Source: Ptychomitrium polyphyllum
Taxonomy: Eukaryota
NCBI GenBank assembly: GCA_973851085.1
Contig: OZ316775.1
Location: 15,996,001 to 16,060,000, forward strand
Length of the DNA: 64,000 bases
Direction of reading: 5' to 3'
Below the pieces are notes generated by a model. That model made no database searches. It was not told the origin of the DNA and saw only the letters and a program-made list of their open reading frames with translations. Positions 51,106 through 64,000 of the stretch are shown one piece after another. The position numbers and the translations under genes are program-made. The first letter of the stretch is position 1. Each line of letters opens with the position of its first letter.

Positions 51106-54100
51106 GTGGCTTCCCAGCGTACGAATGAGGCGTGGCGTGTGGAATGGGTGAGCATCGTGGCCCCTCCTTGCTTATTACGGCCGCAGGCGCTCGTTCCCCA
51201 CCCCACTTCCTGGAGGTTTCTCCTTGCCATGCTTGCTGTGCTCCCCCACCTCTCGTTTCTTATTTTCCTCCTCTTTGGGACTCACTGTGAGTTTCTTGTA
51301 ACTTCCGCTGTCTTGCTGAAAGCCTGTAGAACTTGGAAGCTCTGCACGAGGCCCGTACCACGGGCCCCCACCAAAAAAATTTGTGTAGTGCAAGATTTCA
51401 CTTTGTTTTTAAGATTTGTGGTTTTGAGGTACTGTCTGTAATTTTTTTTGTATGTTAAGCGAATTGTTTGTATTCATTGCACGTTATGTAACGGTCCAAA
51501 TTGAATAAGATTTTCATGTGTTTTTTGAAGAAGCTAGGCATTGTGTGGGCATTGTGTAGTACCACACAAATAGACAAAATGAGAGAGAATGAATAGAGGT
51601 AACAGAAGATTACAAGTTTGAAGTAGATGTTATGTTGATTGTCTTGTTGGCTTATACTGTTGACTGAATAAGATTATGCTTTTTAATGAATTTATTGTAA
51701 ATTTCGATTTATATAGGCTTATTTAAACAATGATATAATTAATGAATTTTTTAGATATAAATTATTAATATTATATTTTATCTTTTTGGACTTCACAAAA
51801 ATGTATGGATGAATAGTTCAAAGGTTGCTATGAACCAAAAAAATTATTTATTAATTATTATAAGTGTTAGTGGATTGGAAGATTTGTATGATACAATATA
51901 AGGTAGGACACGGTGAAGTGATATAATTCTATAACATTCGTTGTTGCGATAAAAAGGACAAATATCAAACTTAAGTTAATATGTAAAATTGTCAATATAT
52001 GTGTACTTCATTCCATGTCTTGGCGTATTATGTGTTTGATGTGTTGTAGTGCTAAAGAAATGTAATGTGTTGCATTCATTTATCTAATTGATGTTCAATT
52101 TAATGCTTCAAAATTTTTGGCATTTTTTCTTGCTACATATGAATGTATAATGAATAGTTAAAAATTCCCTATTAATGACTTTGGCAAGTTGTATTAATCT
52201 AATTACAACGTTCTAAGTAGATGATTTTTGGATTTACAACAATCAATTGTTACTAGTAAGTAATTCAAAGTTTAAAAAAAATTATACCATGAACCAATTT
52301 AATAACCAATTCACATAACTTTCTTCTTCCAAAGTAAAAAAGAATGGTTCTCATTTATGCAAACCATTTACATCAAAAATAATTTAAGATAGATTTACAT
52401 AAACCAATAACTTGAGCTTTCTACCATGTACATTAAAAAGTAAAATAAAATTATGCTACTAAAATAGTATTATATGTCTTATTTTATTTTACTTTTTAAT
52501 AGGAAACTTAGAAATCATAAAGATTGCAATTTTTCCATATTCTTATTCTTCATAGAAAAATGACTATAAATGTTCAAAATGAAGAATATAGCAAAAAAAA
52601 AAAATTGTTATTTTGGTCACTCCAAAACCATTGACACAAACCTTATCATCTATGCTTGTTGTTTCTTGAAATAGACTAAATACAAAAGACCTATTATTAA
52701 CCATAAAAGTCCCCAATACATTGTCAAAAATGTCAATATATTAGGCAAGTCTACAAATTATATACGGAGGCATCATTTCTGCCTTCCCATGCTTCAAATT
52801 TCTGACAAATGTGATACCCCTATGGTAACTGCCTTCCAGTAACTTTTGTTATCAGGCTTTAATGTCTATTATTACCGAGTTGATTGATTGGTTTTTGAGG
52901 TAAAAGATTTTCCAGTGTCAAAATTGGCTGGTCTTTAATTTGTTGCTTAGTTTATAATGGAGTCGAACACTCTTTGAAGGTGGTTGCAACTGAAAGAAAG
53001 TCTGTGAGGAGATGTAGGGATGGTATGTGCACCACATCTTGGACTTAAAGTACCACCAGGAAGTTACTGGCATTTAAGGCTGCCCACTTTTATAGTTTGG
53101 AGCCTAATATCAGGGATCGAAATCAATCATGAGCAAGTGTCTGCAAATAGAATTACGGCTTCAATAGGGCGAGCATTAAAATGACCCCAGCGTCGCTCGG
53201 GGAAAAAGATTAAAAAAAACTTCTGTAGCAGCACTGGGTGGCTTCAGCTGCAAGTCTCTTTTCATGTATATTTAGAGCACGATCTTTGTTCAAGTGAACA
53301 ATATACGCTGATAGGCTGGAACTACGAGTGTACTACAATTGGGAGGAGGGAGAACTTGAGATGACTTAATCAGTGAATATTCTATAAGTGGAAACTTGGA
53401 GTTACCACCAGATTCTGAGGATGGGGTTCAGAATTGGGCAGCACCTGTTTTTCATATGGACCACACTAATTGGATAGAATTTGGAGAAGCTATTTCAGTT
53501 CACATGAACAGGGGTAGCACAGAAGATCAAGGACCTCTGCATCCTCCATCGTTTGCCACAATTACTATATTCAGTATCCATCCTGTTTGCTGTGCAACTG
53601 TTCTTTTTGATATGCTGGAATTCTCTCAACCATATCATTGTGGGGTTTTGAGAAATGTGCCCATCTTGCTGGCGTTACACTGCTTGGGCAGCGCACTTTC
53701 TCATGAGGATCAGCTTGGGATATTATAGGTGGCTACTTGCAGAATGTTATTTATAATTGTGTGCACATGGAACATCACACAGATAAGCTGCACTAAAAGC
53801 TGAAATCTAGCCAAATGAATTTCAGCCCTGGGTACCCTCGAGTGCCAATATATTCTAATACTGGCTTTGGAGAGCTTGAGTGTTTCTAAGTGCATGGTAA
53901 ATCTACCAGATGCTCACATCCCCTAACACACAGACAGACATGCGTATCTACTGGTCCTCAGCAGGAAATAAATCCTTTTGGCAGAGAAATGTTTGCTTAG
54001 CCTCTACTTGAAGGCAGCAAGATGGATCATAGGTAGTAATCAATGAAAAGAATAAGAACTTCATTGAAAATAATCAATGAATATAGGTGGTCTTCAAGAA

Positions 54101-55193
54101 GCAATAATAATTGATTTTGGAATAATTGCTTGCTTAAGATGTACAGAACCACCAACAAGAAGATGACATGGAACACAATTTTTAGATGACATGAAACACA
54201 ATTCTTAAAATGCTTCAAATAATTCCAACCATCCTTTTTGTTTAGCATCAAAATACTAGGCATTACATTCTTCATTATCTTAATTGTGTATCTTGCTTAA
54301 GATCAATGTAAGTGGCACTTTATATTATGAGCGCATATAGTTTTTTTTTGAAAAATATTTGTAGTAGAAGTTGATAAATGAAACTACCAATATAAGCAAG
54401 CTTTAAAGTATTGTAATATTGAGCCGTAGATAAATTCCACATGGCCATTGAAATGGCCTTCTTGAAAACTTTTGTTTAAATATGTTGACATTGAGTTCAA
54501 ACATTAAGATCACCCAAGTTTACAATTGAAGCCAATTTTTATACAATGAGCTAGGCAAAATAAGATTTCATTTGTATGATAAATAGTAAAGGCTATAAAA
54601 TGCCAAAGTTGCCTATTTAATGAAATAATAATTCATATTAATCCGCGGCAATGTTGATTCTAACTATAGTGAGTACTACAAAACAAACCATACTTCCATA
54701 AATTATGCTTGATTGTTTTGACAACAACCTTGATCAAGCCATCCACCTCAAAGTAGTATCTTAAGGTGGAGCAATGATCTATTAGGGCCTTAGTACAAAT
54801 CATTAAAAGAAATGAGGAATTTTATTTCATGATTTATTGATATCTTAGCAAGTGCTCCAAAAGGTGCCAAAACACAATTAAGAAAGGCCATAATTGCCAA
54901 TTTTGAAGACTTTTGTGGTAGAACTACAAATTTAATTTACTTGCAAAAATGCTCCATCATAATCAACCTGCACTCGTCTAGAGAAAGCCTTGCCATTTGA
55001 TGGCTAGTTCTATCTTGTTTAATAACAAAGATAGTTAATATAAATTTTTCTTATTGAAGCTTGTGTAAGATTGTAAGGTCCATTCACACATTAAGTACAA
55101 TTTGGACTCTATTAGGTTCTATAAAGTGTTTTAATGAAAGTGTCTTTGGTGCAAAGTTTAACATTAAAATAAGACATGTTTTTGCATGTCACA

Positions 55194-55462
55194 TGTTATA
55201 AACATACATCATACACTTGAAGAACCTTCTAAAAACATCCAAAACCTTCCAATAATCTTTAAAAAAATTCCAAGAGCTTTCAATAGCTTCTAGTATTTTC
55301 CACTCCTTTAGAACACTTCTTAAGAAGTTCTATAAACCTCTAAAATATTATATAGTTTCATAGAAAGTTTCTTTAGTACTATTTTTAGAAGCATAAGCTT
55401 CATGATATAAATTATAGACAAGCTAAGGTACATCTTAGTCTTACCAACACAAGTTATAAAGC
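55194..55462 (+). mobile_element. Degenerate LTR-like element, copy B
   Basis: Begins TGTTATAAACATACA...GAAGAACCTT, has internal AGAACCTTCTA-like repeats, and ends GTACATCTTAGTCTTACCAACACA|AGTTATAAAGC. Related to 39098-39365. Confidence 0.4.
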
Positions 55463-58400
55463 ACATTTAATGTTTGGTTTTGTTTCTAATTCATACACCA
55501 ATTTTTATTATTTAATAGTCATTTAGAAGCTAATTCTACATATTACTCTCATTTAACTTCTTATTTTTTGTGTCCTCAACACCACATGAAAATTGCTTTG
55601 TTATATCAATTTTCATGCATTCAAATTGTAGTCAAAGTTTTTATTTGAAAAACTTGGATTGCAAAAAATTCCATCTACATTCAATCTATTGAAATATAGT
55701 TAATGTATAATTTCAAAGTCAATGAAAAGATCCAATGAGCAAAAATGAATGGTAAACAAAGTTTTACATACTAAAAACAATAAAATATATAAAATAGATT
55801 TTATTTTTTTTTAATTAAATTTAAAATCTTTTTTTTTAAAAATAATTTTAGAATAGGAATTATAGCTACTTATGACCATAGAGATTATGAAAGAGCTTGT
55901 ACATAAAGTATAGATTTTAGACTTTGCAAAGCCTCTAATTATTTTTGTATATAGTTGGTTGAAATCAATTTTAGGGTTTTAAATTCTTCTATAATATAGA
56001 GTTTTGTAAGCAACAAAAGGCTATGTTATTTCTACAATATTCCATTGAAATTTCTTAAAGTATGGTCATTGCTAATGTTCATTATCACTTTTTCATCATT
56101 TTTTGTGGTACACCATCATTTTCTCTAATAATCAGTTGAACTTAGATGATTCCATATATTGGATGGACTCATCTAGGATGTGGAATTGCTTGAAGCCAAT
56201 ATTAAATGTCACTATTCAAAGACTCACAATTACATCTTCTACTCAAAGCTAAATAATTTTTTTGCATAATCAAGCATAATCAAGTATACTCAAGTGTGCC
56301 TTCTATAATTTAGAATGATGGACTAGAATGCAATTTATTAATTGTGTGATGCAAAAAGAGGCATTAACAAAAGAAGGAGGTGTTTATAAGGCCAAGTTCA
56401 TATACCATTGATATCCTTGCACAAATATAGAATTGAATTTTTTAAAGGATTTGGATTCCTAAAAAGTACAATCATTTATATAAAATTCCGTCATCTATTG
56501 TTTATTTCAACGCTCTTATACAATGTGCTGGTCAATTGAACTAGATATACATGCTATTTCAACCTTATCTTTGGTAATTTGGTAGTAAATGCCGTAAAAT
56601 ATTTAAAAGGCTTAGAGTGCCTTTCTCTTTGATTGAATGTTGCATCAATTGAGAATTTTTTCACGTATTGGTATAAAGTCACTTTGTTGTTTATTACTTG
56701 GAAAGTAATAAAGATGTAATTGTGGTGAGCTTCAATGATAGGAATATATTTTTTGAATTAGTAGATAAAGAAGATACTAAACCTCCAAAAACTGCAGACT
56801 TGCAAGTGATTGATTTTCCATCCATTACTACTGTCCAAAACAATTTATAAAATAGAAGTTTTTCTTTTGAAACCAATATATTGAAAAAAAAGTAGTGGCT
56901 TCTTAAAATTAAACTTACTTGGAAGAATTTAAATTTGGTACTTGAAAATGGAATGGAATGAAGATTGAATAGACTTTTGGTAGTTGCAATATAATTTATC
57001 ATGAATTGAATTAATTTTATTACAATATGGTCATGCTTTCACTATGGTGCGCATTTTACAATATCAATAATGTATCCTTAAATATATGCCCTTTTTAAAA
57101 ATAAAAAAATTTCTTATCTTGTCAGAATCATAGATTTTGGAGGCATTAATTAGAGGGCCCATGTGTTTAAGAAAAAACATAACCATTTGGAAGACAAGAT
57201 TATTTAGATAAGAACCTCATATTATAAAACGTAAATGGATAGAATATAACAATACATAAAATTTGACAATTCAATTTATGGATGTACGTTAACATTACCA
57301 ATTGCACAATTACAAATTTAAATATAATAATTCTAAATATAGAAGATTTTTAGAATCATGGTACATTTTAAAAGAACATTAATATTTTTCTAATATTCAT
57401 TTAGATTGTGGATGTTGATTATTAGTTTCAATTAAAAAATGATGTAGTAGATGGAAGGATTGATGGCATAATCCACTAGTATGATCTAAGTCAATTTACA
57501 CAATGGTAGTCCTTCCTTCTGCAATCAATATATTCAAAGAAATAATGGTGGCTTTTTTAAAGCTAATATGTTCAAAGGAACTCAAAGGATCTGCAAACTT
57601 TAAGCTTAAAGCTTTTTTGGAGTTCAAAGCATCTTATTTAAGAGCCAATATCCCATTCCTCTTCAAAAATGTTCCATTGTTGAAGTGGGCAAATGTTGGA
57701 AATTACATATGGACAAATCTTGACCCATTTTATAAATGTATCGTTTATATATCAAACAAATGTTGTTTAAATTAAAATAGAAGTCTTGGAAAAACGTGAC
57801 AACATGACATTTGTATAGTAGTTGTGATAATTGCCTTTGGAAGTGTGGACATAAGTGACATTCTTTTCATGTACAATTTTGCCGTAAATTAATTTTTGGA
57901 CATTGTTTACATGGTCTAACAACCAACTTTTAAATGAGTTTTCTTGATACATACAATTTACCATTCCGTGACATTACAATCCATTTTTGGACGGCTATAA
58001 CATTTATAATTGCATTTTAAAAGAACACTTAAGCAAATGTAGGAAAATTATTTTTGCCCCTTTTTTTTTTATGACTCCCTCTTCATCCATATTTATTATT
58101 TTTTTAGTAAATTGTGCTTCAGGTTGTTGTATATAAATGCTTGGATTGGAAAATTTTGTCTTGTTAAGGCAATATGACTTATATTGAAAGTTAATAAGCA
58201 TGTTGAAATTACACTACTCTGAGCCAAATATTTCTTCAATTATAAATTCTAGAATACATTTGCATTTTTGTTTTGTACCAAAGAATTTCTCTACAATAAT
58301 TCTTAAGTTTATTAGATTCTTGGTTTATTAAGCAATGAAGAGCGTAAGTTTTTCTCTTTTTGGTTTTATCCTAGCTCTTTTGCCCTTTAAGAAGGAATAG

Positions 58401-61400
58401 TAACTTGTGACTTGTATGACATTCCTTACATAATTGTTCAATATGGCTTTAAAGGTATTTGTTTATTCTTACTAAAAGCTTGAAGGTACTTGTTAAGAGT
58501 CATCTTAGAAAGATTGCAGGATGACGTGTATATTTATTTTTTATCTGTTAGGCCTTATATCACCATTAGAAATAAAACCACTATCAATTTTATAAATGAT
58601 AATCTATTCCATTTTAAACATGGATCATTAAAACTAAATATTCTTATAAAAGAGACAAAAAATCAATTGAACATTTGTAAGGCCAGATAAAAATGGAATA
58701 ACAAGCTGCTTTGCTTTTTTTTATATTGAATATACTAGTATTGCTACAATATTAGCCATTGCTTAAGTTTTTACAAATTTGACTCTAAAACTGCTTGCAT
58801 TGATACTTACTATTGTTTAATGACAAGTATTATACTTCCACATTTGCAAGTGTAGTAGAATTCTTATGTTGTTTACATAGGCATTCATATAGCTCTTGAA
58901 GATCTAACTTAGAATGAGATTTGGTATTGCAATTAAGGAATTTGAATCAATTGAGGAAACAAGTCCTCTTTTGATTTTATATGGATACATCTTTGTTTTT
59001 ATTTTCATAAAAATATTGCAAATAATGTTTTATTTGGCTTGGGCATTGTTAACTATGAAGCCTTTGAACTTGGATTTCAAAAAACAAATGTTTACCACTA
59101 CATTATTATAACCATGCTAAAACAACATTTGAACCTCCATGTCTTCCAATCACATATTACAAATTGCACTTGTTATTACCTTGAAATAAACATAATTGTA
59201 TACATGGCAAGACAAAGTTGTACAAAGCTTGATACATTTGAAGTAATAAAACTTGATCTAGAAATCTTAAAATTCTCTTTTTGGCTGCATTCAATTGATC
59301 TAGATTAAGGGTTTATATTAGACATTTAGAAAATGAAGACTTTGCTATAATTTGATACAAAATTTCCTTTTCACACACAAATTGCAAGATGTTAAGGTTT
59401 ATGAGCTTGGTAATATTATCAAAGACTCCATATTGAAAGATTTGCTTCTTTTGGAAAACTTATCATTTTCTTTGTTTTGATTTTATAATGGTTGCTTTAT
59501 AGATTTAAGAATTGGAGTTGATAAAAGACATCATTACAATAGAAGAAGAGAAAGAAGAGAATAAAAAATATATTGGATAACCTTACAAAGAGGCAAATGA
59601 CAATCTTTGATCAAATTAGAAGTACATTTCTATGGTGGTTATCATTGGTTTGAAGATGCAACCCATCAACAAGTCTTTGCCTTCACATTTGTTTTATTAT
59701 TTGATGGAGATGCTCCTAGTGCAATTGACAATGAAATTTGATGTGAAGTGGATTAAGGCCAAATCTATCCATGGCAAAGGTGACAAGGTATTTTACAATT
59801 TTCCAACATATAATGGATAGAAGAAGAGGGTCTTGTCAAAAATTGAAGGCTATTGAGGCATTTACAAGGCAAGATTCTAATCCTGCCTGGTTGAGTGATT
59901 ACATATTCTTTGTATAGAATGGAATTCTTTGACTTCTGGTATAGTGGCAATTCCTTGACCAAGTGCATACTGGATGCCTGTACACAAAAGCTTCTGAGTG
60001 ATGTCCTGGTCAATGACAGGTATGAGGTATCCCCTTACAGCACTTCCAAAATCTTGAATGTCTTCCACACCCTCCACATGTTTCATTCTCTGGCCAAACA
60101 TTAATAAACATTCTCATCACAGCAACATGTACAGTACCTTCATCGAGACCACAACCCAACACTAAGACAAATCCACGTATTGCAGGTCACAATAAATATT
60201 CTCATCACTTGAGGTAATTTATCTTCTAACTACCAACTTAACATATGGCAGCTACTCCTGGCAGTGCTATAGTTGGAAAAACATTCACAATGAAAGGAAA
60301 GAAGACCCCATACTAAGTGTACATTTTTCATAATTTTATTTCATAAACTAAAATTCTTACAAACATTTGAAACAAAATGGATTTCAGGATCCAAAAATGT
60401 AATTTAGCTTGATCTAGAAACCTGGTATATGCTACAAGTTTTAGCTCATGGCATTACCTTAAACTATCACTCATTTAGTGGCACGCTATTGATTACTTTG
60501 CTTTGGAATTTTTGTCTTGGGAATTGATCTTATGGTCTTACAATTGGTGGTTTCAAGAAAGGTAATTTAGGATGAGCTAGAATCCAATTTGGTATGAACT
60601 GGTGACATACCATACCATAGCACAGTTACAAAACAAATATGGCAAATTGACAAAGAACAGTTTTCTACAGGAGGTATTCATGGATCTGCCAAGGCTTTCT
60701 GGCCTGTGAAATGGGACACAGCTTTAGGTGCACAGTTTTTCTGTATCCGCTGACATTGTACCATTAAAACAAATCAGCAGATGACAAAAGAAAAACTGCA
60801 AACAGTGAGCTAAGGAATGTTTTACAAAGAATCCTTCATCTGTACAATTTTCAGATTCAAAAATCGAAAAGAGCATTAAACACGTATCTTCACACTCATG
60901 GAGCATGTGAGCAACGCCAATATAATGACGACACATTATTGTTACTACCAATAGGACTGGAACAGCAGTATTTGGTATACAGCCACTCTTTTGCTCTCTG
61001 TCATGGGGCGTTTTGTCTTTGTGAGTCAGGACAAATGTTGGTCATCACAAGTTCCAGTACTTGGATGTTACCTATGCTCATTGTTTACAGTGCATGCTGT
61101 TCTTATAGTCTGCATTCATAATGGTCACAGTTGACATTCCACCCTTTCAGACCATAGAATTCACTTTGCTGCTCCTGGTACCCGTGGGGTTTGGCTACTG
61201 TGAGACCCTTCATGTCACCACACCTTTGTGGCTTGTTATGTTTCACTGCTTTAGTGTGGCCACCACCTGGTTGGGTCCTATTTGGAAACCATAGAATGTC
61301 TATGATACAAAAAAGCTTACAGTAAGCTCAAGAGCTTATAGTTTGTGCATTTAGATACAAAACTTATAAGAAACTTCTTGATTTCAACTAATTGCAAAGA

Positions 61401-62989
61401 TATTATATTACAAAATCCACTTCAAGGAATAACATATGGCAATGTTATAAGGGAAGCAGTAGATTTTGAATTTTACACCTAAACTGTATTTTAAAGTTTA
61501 TGTTTGTCATCTAAATTGCATATTTCAAATGTGGCCAAATAAAAATAAGTTCACAAATCCAAGAAACATTAAAATTCCAAAAAAACCACCACATTCAAAA
61601 TAACACAAAGCAAATCCATTCCATGAAGGTTTAATTATTGGTACTTTGTTTGTGATGTATTTTAGAAAAAAAAATTAAATGAAAAAATTGGTGAAAACAT
61701 AGTTTTAAATAATCAATTGTAGAATATTCTAAAATTATGAATTGAAAATTCATATAAGGCAAGTAGTAAGCCATATATTCAAGAATGTATGGAATTTTTA
61801 AAACAGATGAAAACTATGATATATCACAACCAAATGGCAAGTAGAATCTATCAAGGGCATGTTTTTCAAAAGCTTGAATAAACTAGGGTCATAAATTGCA
61901 ATTCCTTCCTATCTATAACATTCTTAAATCATTGTAAGGGTGACCTTTTTGCTCTCATAGCAAATAATTGTTGATGCACAATGTACTGTTCCTTAATTTG
62001 GAAAGCCATACTCACTTCTTTACTATAATTTATGGATTTTTTTTACTTTAATGGCTGCTTGTAAGTTCCTTACTTGTTCATTCAATGAGAACTAACTCCA
62101 TTTAGGAATAATTTTTAGAAGAAATTTCTAAAGGGAAAGTAAATGAAATAATGGAAGGTTGATCCATTGCAAGTTCTAAAATGTAATGCCTAATTAGAAC
62201 ACTTGCATGACACAAGTGGTAATCTAACTGTTGGCATTGCGGCCCAAATCCAACTTCATTGGTGCTAACACATACAGAAATAACTGTAGCAGCTACTACA
62301 CAGGTTTAACTAAAAAATTTGGATGAAATTGATATGTTAAACTGGAAACAGTATACACAAATCTTTCATGTAAAAAAATAGTACAATCAGTATCACTTAA
62401 ACCTAAGCAGACCTAACTAAAATCTAAGCTTAAAGAGGTGAACCTCAATTATGGAAGCTTTATTTCCAACTGCATCGAGCCACATCAATTGAGCACTCCT
62501 CTCCAGGCCCTCCTGAGGTTGAGTCAGCCTCCATTTGCTGCATCTTGCAAAACAACTCCATCCTGCAACACTTGGAAACAAAGTTGTCCAAAAGCTTCCC
62601 TGCTCTAGTCTCTCAGGATACGGTAGACATGTCTCCATCAGGAATACGATCACTGTGAATTAACATTAGAAACATCGAAAACGGAGCAGGTACAAGTACA
62701 AATTCAGAGTGCAAGAGCCTTACTGCCAATCCATACCTAATGCTGCTTGAGTGGTCAAGGGAGCTAAGTGTGGCTGAGGTGCAGTCATTTGAGGATTTGC
62801 TTTCGGAATGCTGCCAGGTGGTTGTCAGTTGGAACTAACTGAAAGCACTTGACAACCACACGGAACAAATTCATGGTAACTGAATTGAAAATGTAGCAAC
62901 TTGTTAGCTTCTGCACTTGGAATCGTCACCAATATTCCAGCTGCTCATTTCTCTCTCCCATCCTTGGCAACATCACCTGATCAACCTTC

Positions 62990-64000
<1,011 letters not shown>

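Overview
Eukaryotic, intron-rich plant nuclear DNA. Gene content, intron style and AT-rich spacers suggest a moss of the Physcomitrium/Funariaceae type (inference). Eight apparently intact genes: MED28 (+), thylakoid FKBP20-2 (-), intronless DEAD-box RH22-like (+), a sorcin-like penta-EF-hand protein (+), MLH3 (-), IPI1/TEX10 (+), a rhomboid-like UBA protein (+) and SAMDC (-) with its tiny and small uORF pair. Four pseudogenes are recognisable: trihelix ASR3/SH4-like, neprosin, F-box and PRP43/DHX15-like. There is also an unidentified coding relic at about 0.9-2.2 kb and long AT-rich stretches of decayed DNA containing two related ~257-bp LTR-like copies. I cannot support a new multi-gene system. 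The best unexplained signals are a dense CATCC/GGATG cluster upstream of the rhomboid-like gene, splice choices that could switch the UBA domain or lengthen the SAMDC uORF, and the LTR-like pair. All homology calls come from recalled motifs, not searches, and exon boundaries were read by eye.
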